A stretch of 64,000 nucleotides of DNA, from the NCBI RefSeq assembly GCF_006345805.1, contig NC_043004.1, positions 90,582,001-90,646,000 of the forward strand, in the 5' to 3' direction. A model generated the notes under the pieces. It saw only the letters and a program-made list of their open reading frames with translations. It was not told the DNA's origin and made no database searches. Shown piece by piece: positions 38,148 through 52,300 of the stretch (the stretch's first letter is position 1; each line of letters begins with the position of its first letter). Origin of the DNA: Octopus sinensis (Eukaryota). The translations under genes were made by a program, and so were the position numbers.

Positions 38148-41100
38148 TAAAAGCCACTCAGCCATACTATGTATATTTATGTATGTAGTGATAGAATAAC
38201 AATAGGAAAATGAGTGATTAATTATTTAATTTATGCTTTATGTATGTTTTGATGGTACAAAACCTATATAAAGTGCTGTGAGACAACTGTATGATTTCAA
38301 ATCTTGTATAATCATTAAAACAATTTTTTTTCCTTGTCCTACCCTTAAGCAAGATAATATGATTCAGCTTATTCTTATGTCTCTTTGGGAAATACTGTAC
38401 TGACTAAACACCCTTGGGAGTGGTAAAAAGAATGTATAGGTCTAAAAGTATTTGTCCCAATGATATTCAGAAGACCATCCTACCTCTACATGCACCCACA
38501 TTTACTAATAGCAGGTATAAACTCATATCTGTGGGTGTTATAAAAAACAACAGCTATTTGATTATCTTGCTCTTTAAGTGGTTTAATTAGCATGTCAAAG
38601 CAACTGGAAAGTAACTAGATAAGACCTTCCATTTTGTAATATATTTATGTGGTCGTTTAACCACTAAAAATGTCAGCTAAATCTTCCTCAAGTTACACCC
38701 TTCTGTCTTAAATAAGGAAAGGACACATTAGTTAATGTTGTCTCAGATATTGCTCTAAAAAGATGGTATGGTCACCGTTAACTTTAATATGAGTCTACTC
38801 ATTCATAATGACATCAACAACAGCTTTTTCTACTGGAGTAGAAGATTTATTTTGTCTTCAGGGGATGTTACCTATCACAAACATGAATTTCTATAAGTCC
38901 ACTGAAAATAGCTACTCAAACTGTACAATCCTGTACATTTACTTAGAGATTCTTTCATCAACATTTTGGCAAGTACAGTGAAGGTTATATTTTGCTAATG
39001 AAGTCAGAATAAGACTTAAATATGTCCAGAATTATTTCCAGTACTTATTGGGAAAACAAATAATTTTCAAACAGTTTACTTTTTATTGCTCCCTGCATTA
39101 ACTCTTTTTCAAAATTTCTGTTGAAATATGTCTTTGTTGCAATTAGTTTTGAAAATTATGAGGAATTTGGTAAATTAACTTTGTCAGTAGATCATTTTAA
39201 GACTGGAAGTTTGTATCTTAGGACCAAAGCAGTCCCAGGCAGGTTAGTATCAAGAGAGCTAAATGTTAACACTGATTTACTATAGTTTATTTGGTTGACA
39301 CCTCTCACAGGTAAAGACTGTCTATATATTTGACATTAAAAATCCTGAAAGTTGTAATTTATTTATATTGTGCGACCCCAGTTTTGATTACAGAAACTCT
39401 TGAAAGAGAATTAAGATTTTATTGCTTGGAATTTGTCACAAAGAAAACACGGATGTAAAGAGTCAGACATCATTGATGCAACAGTCCTAAAAATGTCTAA
39501 TTTTGGCACAAAACCTCATGGATGATTTAATTGTCCCTAGTATTTGAGTGGTATTATATTAAATCTGGAAAGATGGTAGGCAAAGTGGAATTTGAACACA
39601 GATCATAAAGGGGTATAACTAAATATGGATAGGCATCACACAATCTGTCACACTACTCCTTCTAACATAAAGACCTCATTTTTCAAATATTGTTGTTGAT
39701 GTTAAATAGCCCCAGTTTGTTCCACTTGAGTATCACTATGGTGTAGTTGATTGCTGATGAAAAAAATCTGTAGATTAAAATTTCAGGATACATTGATAGA
39801 AATTGTCTGTAGTATGGGCCTGAGATAGAATACTGTGTTAGCTTTGAAGAGAGTTACAATGATTTGTGTATTTTATGCTGACTTTGGTTTGTTTTATTTT
39901 ATTTCTTTATATGAGAGACTTTGTGAATGTTAGCTTTTGTGTCTGTATTCATGTGTGAGTGAGTGTATTGTGTAGTCAAAGTTTAATCTGCTCTCTGTAG
40001 CAATTACATTCTCTTTCTTCAATATGTTCTTTGTTGTCTTAAAAAAAAATGAAGATGAAGAGGAAAACCCATCCAATGGATAAAGTATTGGATTACCAGC
40101 TAATGGGACATAATCTTTGAAGAGTGGCAGCTCTAATTTAGTAGAATAATTCTGTAATTTTTCTTTTTACATTAAATCTCTGACCAGTATGTTTTTGTCT
40201 ACTATTTTGTTGTGTTGTTATGGAATGTTTATGAAAGTACTCTTTCTTGTCTTAGAGATGTTTTGAAAGGCATCTTCTCATGCAAATTTTTACCAATGTT
40301 TGCTGTCTTATGGCTGCAAACTTTTTATGTGTAAGCCATGAGAATTTGGTTACTTTTGCATAAAGTGCTTTGTGTAACTGATAAAATTTTTTTTTTCTTA
40401 CAAGTGTCCTTATTCTTATCAAAATCATTATAATTATTGTGAAATGTTCTACATTGCATTTTTTTTTTGTGATGAGGTATTTTGTTTCATTGAATTGCAA
40501 AGGTTATTTTGGGCTATTAACCTCTCAAATAACAACAACAACAACAACAACAGTGATGAGGTTAACAGTTAAGTAACCTTTGCTACTCTGGAGAATGTTT
40601 ATTGTATTGTTTCTATTATTATTAGTATTATTATTAGCACTCTCATGTCACCAAAGACTGAGCCTTCAAATTTGCTTGTGCTACATTCCTGGCATAATGT
40701 CTGTTAATTCCTTCCATACATTCCATTGCTTTTCTGTTTCTTAGCTTTTTGATGTTGTTTAATGAAATCCATGATTATTTCCAAGTCTCTCTCATCAGTA
40801 GCTACAATTAGTTTTGAATATTATAAATGGATTGCAGTAAAAATCATACTTTCTTTTCTTGCTAGGGTATGAAGACCTTGTTATGGTTGGTTGAAACTGG
40901 TTTCAAGTGTTTCAAACAAACATAGATACTATGATTAAAGTTAGCCATAAATGTTATACTGTGTCGTGGATGACACTCTGTAATACAATCAAAGGTGAAC
41001 AGCTGTGATCATCTTGACTTTTACTCAGACATAGTGTATCGATGATTATATTACCCAATGTGTCCTTCTTTTCCTAAGATGATTAGCATTTGTTTTGAAA

Positions 41101-41214
41101 GTGATTTGGCTGCAATTTCTATCAGGTCAAGTAATGGTTTATTCCTTCCCTTTATGCTTTATAATGATATTTGTTTGTGTCATTGAAAAGTTTGTTTTCA
41201 TATAACTTGCTTAA

Positions 41215-41435
41215 GCCTTTCGTTACTGAATTTATTTAGAGATGCTCTGTGTTTCTTTGAATTACTTTAAATATAACAAAGAATTTAGTAAAATAACTTC
41301 GTTATCATTAAGCTAGTGTTAGGAACATAAATTGTGAATAAGATTTGGTGGAAGATTTTAATTCAAAATTTATGAAAACAAGACATGTATATTAAAGATC
41401 CAGAGCCGGTTTCAGCCGGGTTGGTAATGAAAGGG
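41215..41435. mobile_element. Non-autonomous piggyBac-type MITE, copy 1
   Basis: TTAA-GCCTTTCGTTAC ... GTAATGAAAGGG-TCAA; closely similar to 57078-57297. Confidence 0.85.
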
Positions 41436-41728
41436 TCAAACCCAAAAGAGAATATGAACTTAAAACTGCAAGCTTTTTACAACAATAAGTTGTTCTTGCT
41501 ATGTTATTTAGATTACATGGTGATTCAGTCCACTTTGCTGTCAGCCATATGCAACATGTCTTGACTGCTGAACTGCATTAAGCACAAACATTATGTTGCA
41601 TGTTAATATAGCACATTTGTTTGACTCATTAACTGAGATGACTGTACAATCTCCAAACCTATTAGCATATAAAGCTACTGTCATCAGACAATAGTTTCAA
41701 CATTATGCAAATGTCCTAACTTTTCTCA

Positions 41729-41945
41729 AAAGAATCCCCTCAGTTATGGTAACCTGATGAAATAAATTTTTCCCCAAAGAATACTCCCATTCAAGGTGGC
41801 CTGATGAAATAATTTCTTCCCCAAACAACATTCCCACTTACGTAAATTGATAAAATAAATTTTTCCCAAAAGAATATTTCTACTCATGGTAACCTGATAA
41901 TATAATTTTGACTGAATACTTCCACATTTGGTAACTTGATGAAAA
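41729..41945 (+). repeat. Diverged minisatellite, about 5 units of ~46 bp
   Basis: Recurrent AAGAAT...GGTAACCTGATGAAATAAATTTTTCCCC-like unit. Confidence 0.7.
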
Positions 41946-42046
41946 AGTTATAAAACGGTAAAAAATGTTAAGATATTTATTAATGTTTCTTTATTGCATT
42001 ATTTATCTGCTCCCTGCATTTAGTTTTTCTCAGAGTATGTGTGCGT

Positions 42047-42092
<46 letters not shown>

Positions 42093-43411
42093 TTCTCTCC
42101 TATTCAGAGTGGATGGCTCTAGCCAGTAATTATCATTGCACATTTTATCCTTAACGTCACTGAACATTTAGTTTTACCCTATTTTATCTTGTGTGTCATT
42201 TTCAGCATACTGAACTCTTTCATACAGCATATCTGGCAATCTAACTTTTTTCCTGATTATACCTCTGATCTAATACTATGGTTAGCTGTTATCTTCACTT
42301 CCATTTCCCCATCTTCTACATCTACATTTTCTGCCCACACTACCATCTTTTACTATCTAAGGAAGCTATTGTCTAAAGTTTTCTGTAGGTTGTCTTTAAT
42401 CAATGTGTTGCTGTCTTCAAACTCTTCAAAATAAATGCTCCTTGCTTCTTTCCTGTCCACAGATATCTTGTGTATCCTAACATTTAACAAACTCTTCTTT
42501 TAGCTTTCATATACTTTTTATTTCTGTTGCACTTTTTCCTTTTTCTTTCTTCTCTTTATTTCTGCTCACCCTTATTATCAGTTTTGTGGAACTTGTGAAC
42601 CTAAAATTAACTCCCAACATTAAAACGTACATATACATTTGTACTTTCACTTCTTAAAATAAAATAGCTTGCATGTTGAAATTACATACCAAATCTGAAT
42701 GCTTGCCAGCTAACCAAGTATGCTGAAACTGTAAAGTGTGTTAGTAAATAATAATAATTATCACTATTGCTATGTTGTTGGAGCCAGATGCTTTAGAAAT
42801 ACTTGTGGCAAGTTCTGGACAGCTTTTAACTGTAATTAGGTCTTATGGAAACAAACCTGTATTTTTTATTATCACATTTTAAGCAGTTAGAAGTGTCAAC
42901 TCTCTCACTGATCACCTATGTTTCCTAAGCCTTCTTTGGATAGTATTATGAGGTCAGACAAGCAGTGTAATGAAATCTTCCACATTTAGTAAATGCTTAG
43001 TGACTGAGAGCATCACCTCTGCCTCTCTTTTTTTCTCTAATGGAATAGGAAGAAGACATAAAGGCTGATGGCTGTCAACTGCCTTAATCAAGTATTATAG
43101 GGAAGGAGTTCTTAAATTAGCACAACGACAGCCATTTTTAATCATTACTGACCCTGGAAAAATGAATGGCAATGACTGTTATTTAAGTTCAGAAGTAAAA
43201 GGTATGTAACCAAGTACCAAAATTCATTTAGATTGGCATATTCTACCATTTTGTTTCTCTATAGTATATTGCTACAGGTTATTGAATCTTGACATGTACT
43301 GTTCTCCCTTTCTTAGTCTGTGTCTCTCCATTCATCTTGTGCTCTCCCTGTCCCTCACACACAGACACACACACACACACTCTCTCTCTCTCTTTCTCAT
43401 TCACTCACTCA

Positions 43412-43471
<60 letters not shown>

Positions 43472-43649
43472 GAAAGACATATAGTATTGTCTTGGGCCCT
43501 TAATTTCTGATGGTGTTGTAGTGTCACTGTTTTAGCATATGGTGTGTCTCAGGCATTTTTCTGATGAATTTCATCCCTGTTTACACCCAGGGAGAGAGAT
43601 TGATAGGATGAAAGGCAAAGTTGACCTTGGTGCGATGGAGGGATTTGAA

Positions 43650-44000
43650 CTACAGAGTCCAATTTTTTACTTTGTGAGTATCTGGATGAAAACTGAGTCA
43701 ACTCTAGAATGGTGGGTCCCACGGCATCTTTTATTCCCTTGTTTTACACAGGCCTATGTGCTTTTTTCATTTGTTGTGTGTGGGTACCATCTTGTAAATT
43801 AATGAAATTAATGCTGTGGTTCACTGTTCTGTCGAAAATTATAACCATCAGTTTTGGGAATGTGAAAGTAGACACCCTCCACAAGTCACTGAAAATTGTG
43901 GTTCCTGGAAGAACTGACTGACGTATGCATTTCTCTAGAGTGTCATGATTCTGACATGGCACTGCATAAAGAAAAACATGTCTGGTCTCATGACACACTC
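43650..44000 (-). mobile_element. Merlin (IS1595/ISXO2-like) DNA transposase fragment
   Basis: ETRHVFLYAVPCQNHDTLEKCIRQSVLPGTTIFSDLWR..TVNHSINFINLQDGTHTQ..GTHHSRVDS, matching the family pattern PGT.I.SD.W..Y / VNHS.F..P.TG.HTQ. Confidence 0.8.
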
Positions 44001-45289
44001 CTCAGAAAACCCACTGCTCAGGTAGTAAGCATCCTTCCTCAGTTGTATTTATAACTTGAGAAGACTGTTTCATCTATCTCAACAATCTCCTCAGGACCAC
44101 CTATCTGAACTGGGTTGTGGGGCAGGTCCTTTACTCATATTTTATGAACAAAGCTATTGTAATCAACAGCTGTGCAGTTGTTCATCCCCAGTTCTGCAAC
44201 ACAAAACCAGACTGAAGTCCATTCCTTTTAGTACTTTGTTTCATGGCACTGCACTAGAGAAGTCACAAGTAACTTGCAAGATAAGATACCTTGATGGAGC
44301 GGAGGTGCAGTATTGAGGAAGGTGGCTTTGTGTTAAGTGTTGAGAGGCTAAAGTATGATAGAGGTATAGGTATCTTGCTGTAGGTAGAGGTTACCTCAAC
44401 AGGAAAGAAAGAAGGAAGTGTCAAGTGCAAGAAGGTGGCTAAAGAGAGAATAGGGATTATTGAGATTGGCTGGGTGGGTAGGTTTGCAAGAGAGTCAGAG
44501 TAGTGTGACAGGGTTAGAGATGAAAGTGAATGTAGTAAACAGTGAACATGAACTGTTCATTGTCAATGGCAGTGGGTCATAAAAGAAGAGGTGATAGATG
44601 GCAATACACAAAAAAGGTGGTGGTAGAGAGCAACAGGGTAATAAAAAAATGATCATTATCATGAATATATTCATCCAAACTAAAATTATTAATAAATTCC
44701 AACCGTGATAATGCGTTGACTTCTTGCATTTCAGATAAGTATATATATTTCATACTCCAATGCTGTTATTTGTGAAACCTATCTCATACATGCAAATGTT
44801 ACTTATTGTAAACTACAATTGGTGCTCCAAAATATATTATCTATAATCTGAGTACAATTAAAATATTTGGTCAAGCAGAAAATTACATGCTTTTTGAACA
44901 CATTATATAAATTATAAAGTTTCCCTTTGAATAATTATCTTATTTCTGCTGTGGATAATGTATGACACTGCATTTTATTTGCATCAGTTGTTAAGGTAAC
45001 TTCTTTTGTGATATCATAAATCTGGGCTACTGATTTTGATATTGGTTTCAAATTTTGGCTCAAGGCTAGCAATTTCCTGAGAGTGGGCAAGTTGATTACA
45101 TCAATCACAGTGTTCAACTCGTACTGAAAAATTGAAAGGTAAAGTTGATCTCAGCAGAATTTGAACTCAAATCTTAAACATGGATTAAATGCTGCTAAGC
45201 ATTTAGCCTGGTGTTGTTAATTTGCCAGCTTGCCACCTATAATGATTTTCATATTAACAGTTATGTATCCTCAAAAGTCTTGAACTGTA

Positions 45290-47150
45290 AGACTCACCAT
45301 GAAGATGGTATACCATGTTCTAAATGATACAGACAAAGATATGTGGTCTGAATAATAAATATCTCCCATAAATATTTTTATCCCAATTAATAAGTCTAAG
45401 AAAAAATTCTAATTGTTTCTTGTTCTTTGGCAGTTTTGTATCCATAATTCTCATGACTAAACAATGGATTTAGTGATAAATCTTTCTTTGTCAGTCTATA
45501 TCCCAAAAAATACAATTCTTCAATCTCTAACATAGACTTAGCTCAATTGATCCCCGTGACTGATCATTCCAATCTTTATATGATAGTATCTACTTTGATA
45601 TGTAGATTTTAAACATTTCTAGTAGCAATACATACTTCATCTAAATAAACAATAGCATTATAAATGTCATTTCCAACAACATATTCAGTTGCTCTCTGAA
45701 ACATTTGTTTTTATTCCATATGGAAACTTGTCCATCTTAAAAGGCTCATTGGTGTATTTATTACAGCAATTTCTCTTGCTTCAGGGCAAATTTCTATCTG
45801 ATGATGTGCTACATTTAAATACAACCTATCAAAATAATTCATGCCAGAAGGAGAATGAAATATTGATTTAGTATTTGAAGTTGGATAAGAATCTGAAAAA
45901 ACTCTTTCATTTACACCTATTTTATGGTCTTCACATATTCTGAGATCTCCATTTGCCTTTTGTACAACTGCTAAAGAAGAGACCCATACATTTCCTCCAA
46001 AAGGACTTCTAAAAGATTGTTAATTAGTTTCCTCAACTTCATTATGATTAAAGGTTTTATGTGATTGGCAATGGTTTTGTCTCAAGATATTATGGTCTGA
46101 TATTTCCTTTGAGAAGATTATTAGCCTTTAAACTTCTAAATCTCTTAAATTGTCATGGAGCTGCAATCTCATGAATTAATGTTGAACTATCAATATTCAT
46201 CACTTCCATACCAATAAGCCATGAATTATTTTTTTACATTCAGCAGTAATGACCCACACAATATCTATGCTCTTATCAGTTTTCATTAAAGTGTAAAGTT
46301 TTCCAAAAATTTTGACGAACAATTCATGTAATTCTTTAAGCTTATTAACAAGCACTTTATTAATTTTGGTTTATTCAAATCCATCAAGAATTTCTGAGAT
46401 ACTACAGTTAAGCTGACTCTCAATGTCAACTTGTATCTTAACATGATTGTTATTTTTTCATGTTAGTCATTGTAATTTTATAAATACAAATTGTATATGT
46501 AGTTGCAAATTTTTCATTTTCAATTTCCTTGACTTTTTTGTGGATTTATATAGTTTGAAAATGACTCCACCCCAACAAGTTTTACCAAATATAAGCTATT
46601 TTGATAGTGCATGCTTATATATTCACAAAAGTGACATTTAGAATCAAATTTATATCTGTTTTTATTGATGCAGTGGCATTATCAAGATCACCCTTAGTTT
46701 CTATTTTTTTGTTTCATTCATCTGAAATTTAGAAATCATTTGAAGCTAGTGAATGGATTCAATTTAGGATCACTTGATTGCACATAATACAATATTTTTA
46801 CATGAAGTAAAGCTGATTGCATGCCATTCGTGAGTCTTATTTTAATCATATCACCTTCTGTAATTTAGTTCCAGGTTTTTCATTTTCACAAAATGAGCTT
46901 AGGTAATCTCTGAAAATCACTTTGAATTGGTTGCATCAGATTTTGATGTTGTGACAAGAACTGGCTCCTTTCAGCAATTTTCAATTTCTTCAGGAAATTG
47001 AACAATGGTATTGCAGATTTTATACTGCTAAATTTGTTATTTCAAATTAAAATTTTTTTACGACTACAGGAACTTTTTTGTACGATATTATTGTTATTTA
47101 TTGTTAGCATCCAAGAGCTCTTAACCTTGTGCTTCAATGAGTGTGGACAG
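45290..47150 (-). mobile_element. Ty3/Gypsy LTR-retrotransposon gag-pol relic (zinc-knuckle remnant, protease, RT), truncated before RNase H and integrase
   Basis: Manual translation: KCHFCEY, IQVDIESQ (DTG-like site), WVSSLAVVQKANGDLRICEDHK..YP, FPYGI, MFQRATE..IVYLDEV, FLGYRL, LPKNKKQLEFFLRLIN. Confidence 0.85.
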
Positions 47151-47164
47151 TACTCGACTACCAG

Positions 47165-47449
47165 TGTGACCATGATATGTAATAAACGTTTATATGTACA
47201 TTTTTAGCCAAACAGGTCTACATGTGTAAGCACTGTAAATAAAAATGATACAAGGTAGAGGAGACACTTAAGAAGTGACTCTGTTGTTTCCAGTGGTCCC
47301 TTCTGCTTATATTACCATTGCTCATTGCTTCATTGCTCTTATCCGCTCTTCTGTCTGTCAGTTACCATCTCTCTATCCGTCCCTTTTCTGCTTGCTGTGT
47401 TATAGTGCTGGTATAGTTAAGGAAGGCACAGCATTAACCACATATAACT
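47165..47449 (-). mobile_element. Candidate 5' LTR of the Gypsy relic, with a PBS-like TGGTAGTCGAG at 47153-47163
   Basis: Minus strand begins (A)GTTATATGTGG, ends ..GTCACA, and is followed by C-TGGTAG..; no second LTR was found to confirm it. Confidence 0.4.
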
Positions 47450-47654
47450 TTTATGTTTAATTTATGAAAGCAGAATCCATTACTACATATCCCCCTTTCT
47501 TATTGCAGTCATCGTTTTCTTCTCCCAAGTCAATGAAATGTGCATGTGAGATGTCCTCTAAGCTGTTTTGGAAGGCAGTAATTCAGAATAAGATCTGATT
47601 TGGGCCACAATGACCTGTTCAACTCCTGGAAAGGGGACATAAAATGATTATATG

Positions 47655-48950
47655 TCATCATCATTATTGTTTAATGTCCAACTTCCATACTAGCATGGGT
47701 GGGATGGTTTCAGAATAGCCAGCCAAGCAGAAGCCTGCACCAGACTTCTGTGATTGCTTTGGCAGGATTTTTTACAGCTGGATGCCCTTCTGAATACCAA
47801 CCACTTTACAATGTGGACTGTACTGCACTGACAGGGTCACCAAGTATTTGCTAGACAAAATAAAAAAAAAAGAAAAAGAATTTTTCAAGAGGGGAGGGGA
47901 CATTGGAGGAGGCGATCTTGTGTTGAATGATGAAAGGTTATAGTGAGACAAAGAGACAGAAGTAGGTGTCTTGCTGTAGAGGAAGTACAAGGTTACCCGG
48001 CTGGAGAGAGAGAGAGAGAGAGATCAGGAATGAAGACAAACAAGTGTGCCACTGCAAAGGAAATACATGGTTACCCAACCTGAAGGAACTGCTGGAAAAA
48101 GAGAGAGAATGGGAGACAGCAGGATAGAGATGTTAGGAAAATGCGGAACTCACACATAAGGGATGGGGATCAGAATATAAATGGGATGGTTGAGTAAAAG
48201 AAGAGAGAGATATAGATGGTGGCAAGTGCCAGGGCATACCTTGAGGTTTGAACGCCATAATATAAGTCGCAGGATATTGCAAAGGAAGTGTGATTAAAGA
48301 GTGTGGAGTGGGATGAGTGGTGAAAACCTAGGTATATATAGAGTTGGGGTTGGTGATGGCTACCAAATAGCAATGATACAGAGGAACTGGGCTGTGAGGA
48401 GAGGATTAGTGAGAGCAAGGCATAGTGTATGGAGGAGGAAATGTGAGGAAGAGATGTGATGTAGATTGGTTTGTTGGGGTAGGGTGAGTGAAAGTTTTCT
48501 TGGTATATGTGGGTGGAACACAGGTCGGGTGGGGGTGGGTGCTAGCAGATAGAAATAATACAGTGAGACAGGGTGTTTGGGTGAAACACAGGCAGGGGGT
48601 GGGGGTAGCAGAGAGTAATGATACAGTGGCACAGGGTCAAGAGGACAGGATTGGGGAGTGGGAGGTAAGCATAGTGCATGAAGCAGAAATGTGAGGAAGA
48701 GATGTAGCTTGGTTTGTTGTGGTAGTGTGTGAGAAGTTTACCTGTTAAGTGTGGATGAGGGACACAACCTCAGTTTTGCTGATGTGGGTGGGTCTTATCT
48801 AGAACTTCATATCGCAAGACATCTAGGTCCATTGTCATTTCTTCTGTGAGGCCCAACATCCTGAGATCAGTCCTTACCACTTCATCCTGCATCTTCCTGG
48901 GTTTCCCTCTTCTGCAGGTACCATCCAACTTCGGTGATTGGCACATGTAC
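47655..48950 (-). mobile_element. RTE LINE 3' fragment (ORF C-terminus plus long 3' UTR ending in a family-B-type tail)
   Basis: DGTCRRGKPRKMQDEVVRTDLRMLGLTEEMTMD..RYEVLDKT; tail at ~47660. Confidence 0.7.
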
Positions 48951-49296
48951 TTATACATTTCTATTTTGAATATACTATCATTTCAAATCTTACGACTTTC
49001 TGCCTGGTCCAAGAATTGAATCCACAACCCTATAATAATGAGCTTAACACCTTAATCATTAGGCCACTTGCTTTCACATGTTGGTATACACATGGTGAGC
49101 TCTCATAATTTCCATTTATTGAATTTCACTCAAAGCATTCATCAACATGAGGTTATACTAGAAGTTACTGGTTGAAGGTGCAATATAGTGGGACCGAACC
49201 TAAAATTATGTGGTTGTGATGTGAATTTCTTAACCACACAGCCATACCCGTACCTATATACGTATATAAATGTATGTATAGGTGTGTATGCATGTC

Positions 49297-49357
<61 letters not shown>

Positions 49358-52300
49358 GGGTATATATATGCTAGAAATAGATCACCCCAGAAGTAGAGGT
49401 AGGCTGGATTGTATCCACACTTCGATACAAGAGGGAGGACAAGATACAATTGATCGAAATTGCAAGAGACAGGCCTACAATTCCAGTCTGTTATATATTT
49501 TGAGTATTGTTATCACTAGCAATATCAAGATATAACTTTGTATTTTATGTGTAGATGTATATATATATAGATGTACATGTAATATGTACACACACACATA
49601 TATATATATATACACATATGCACTAGCACTATGACCTGGCAACGACGGGTCATGTGTATGTATGTGTATATTTATGTATAAATATATGTATGAACTAACA
49701 TGTTTTGTTAAATTAGTTTCATTTCAAATCTTTGTTAAACAGTTAAGGATAATTTTATACCAGTGGCTTGTGGAAGTTTGTCAAAAAGATATTTCTCAAG
49801 CCCCAAGGAGCTTTTAAAGTCAGTTGCTTATCTCTAGTTTTATTTCATGGCTGTAAGTAGATGAAAGGTAAATTCTTTCTTGTAGAGGATGGCAGATGCT
49901 GTGTTATCTCATCCTAACAGATAGGTAGAATGTATATCGTAGGTAATTCCCAGTCCTCAAGAGACTGTTATGGAATTGTGCTTAATCCTTTTATAGAATA
50001 GAGTAAATGAGATCCGAATCTGACCCTAGATAGCACATATTCTATTGCATGTAACATTCTCAGGTAATCTCAGTACCTGTTCTCAACTACTAGGTCAAGT
50101 GAAGTTTGCAGAATTGACTGCCAAAAGTATACAATGGAATGCTTGAGGTTGGTCTGGTGTGTAGTCAAAAACTTTGGAGTTGATATAATTGAGTGCAGGC
50201 TAATGTACTTATTGTAATGAGCAAAAAATCATTTTAAAGAAGAAAAGTCATTCTTAATGATAGTCTTTGTCAAACTAAATAGAGAATGTAGTTATAGTGA
50301 CAGTTTTGGACATATTGTGGTTTATTTATACCTCATCAGTAACGGACTGTAACATTACTGGTGGTACAAATTTTAGTACATATAATTGTATTCTCTGACT
50401 ATTCTCTGATTAGGTAATCGAAAATTGTGGACATTGGAGTCAGTAGTTCACTACAACGTCTACTTGGCTGTCTTTGTAATTTATCAATAAGACTGCATTA
50501 CAAGAAATAGTTGACCCAATATTAATCCAAATGTTAATGAATGAAAAGAAAGAAAAATGTTTACTCTGTTGTTAGTATTTTGCATTACTATTTTATCCAC
50601 CAATTTCTGAAAGAAATTGTCTTGCTGTGTGCCTAATATTATTAATATTTTTCTACAAAGTTGTGGTCAGTATTTGAATGTATTGACCACATAAGTAGAG
50701 AAATATTTAAACTATTATAGCCACTGATGTCTGAAAAGAATTGTGTTGTGTGAATGTATTTCTCTACATATGTGGTCAATATTGGAATATTTTTTATACA
50801 ATTAAACTATCAAAACCACCAATATTTTAAGTCAGCTAGGGAGCCTATATATTTGGTTGCTTGACCTGCTAGAAAGAGTAGCCAAATTTCCCTACATCAT
50901 ACACATACCATCTTAAAAAATTGTAAGGATACGTTGGATAATTTTGTCTAAGAAATACAAAACAATGGGATGGTCACAACTGAGTTAGGCTTGAATAATA
51001 AACAACCACCATCATCTATATCTGATAATGTGTTGAGTGTATGGGTCTTCTTGATATATAGTAAATATCTGAATATTTTATAACAATTTTAGCCAACAAT
51101 ATCTGAATGATATTGTGTTGCCATATACCTGTGTGTGTGTGTTTTGCCGATATGTGGTAAATATTAGAATATTTTATATACTATTAACACTTAAAGCAAG
51201 CCAGCAATATCTGAATGATGTTGTGTTGCTATGTACTTACTTTTATTTGATTTGATTTTTTTTTTGTATAACTGATTGGTCTCATAGCAAATATCTAAAT
51301 TGAGTTGCTAAAAATGTAAAATTTTAAAAAATGAAAGGAAATAAGCAATTTTTTGTTTACTTATAAATTTTTAATAAAAATGTTATATTCTGTTTTGTAA
51401 ATCTTTTATAACGATTTTCATTTATCTTGGTTCAATTTTTTTAGTTACTAGAACAGACACTTAAAGAAGCAATCAAGCAAACAAACAGATTAAAAACAGA
51501 GGCAAAATTTTTTTTTTTAATTGGATAAGTTGGATGGGTTGGGCATTATGGTAGTGGTGCATATTCAGCTTCAACTTATGGACATTATTTAAAGTGACTC
51601 AATGACAATTTCTTTCAATATAGGTGACATCATAACTCAGGTCAACATCTTGTGTTCCTATCAGTGAATGGTAATTAATTAACTAAAGCATCAGTAATTA
51701 ATCTAATGATATCAAAGATTATATTTCTACACAAAATGTACTTTTGAATTCTGTTATTGAAAGCAGCTTGTACAATACCATTGTTCTCTTTGTAAATAAT
51801 TATACAGTGATCTAAGCTCTGTTTCTTCATCTTATTGTTGTCGTAGTTTAGTTATGCTGTTGAGTAGAGGTTGCAAGGCCTAAGGTGAGGCTATTAAGCT
51901 CATGATAGATAAGATCACAGGTTTGTTTCCTGATTTGGATGGCACATTGCACCTTTGAGCGAGATACTTCATTTCATATTGCTCTTGTCTGTCATCATCA
52001 ACATCATTACACAACGTCCATCTTCTGTGTTGGCATGGGTTAGATGGCTTGACTGGGAAGCTGGGGAGCTGCACCAGGTTGCAATCCTTTCTCTCTCTCT
52101 CATATTCTTGATTTCTGCTGGGACAAGAAGTGGAAAGGTTGAGAGAATGTCTGCTTACACCTAAAACAATTAGCAGAAGCATGATACACACTATCAGGTC
52201 ATACGCACTTGTGATTGATGGCTATGGCTAAAAACTTCTCTTAAAGATTTAATTTTTATGGAGTAAGAATTGCAGATTGGCAGAATTGTTAGTGTATTTG

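Noticed and set aside
39990-40150. Possible terminal exon (ITFSFFNMFFVVLKKNEDEEENPSNG*)
   Set aside because: Short, with no recognisable homology; comparable open frames exist on the opposite strand.
50094-50147. 54-nt open phase-2 exon candidate (SSEVCRIDCQKYTMECL)
   Set aside because: Phase is incompatible with direct splicing to exon 1, no homology is recognised, and such sites occur by chance in 50 kb.
50300-50345. Hammerhead-like CUGAUGA-GGU..ACC on the minus strand (a similar case lies at ~56165-56190)
   Set aside because: The GAAA box is absent (ACAA / GGAG) and stem I does not form.
51641-51670. 30-nt phase-1 microexon candidate (GQHLVFLSVN)
   Set aside because: The acceptor is weak, and the stronger upstream acceptor at 51623 gives an in-frame stop.
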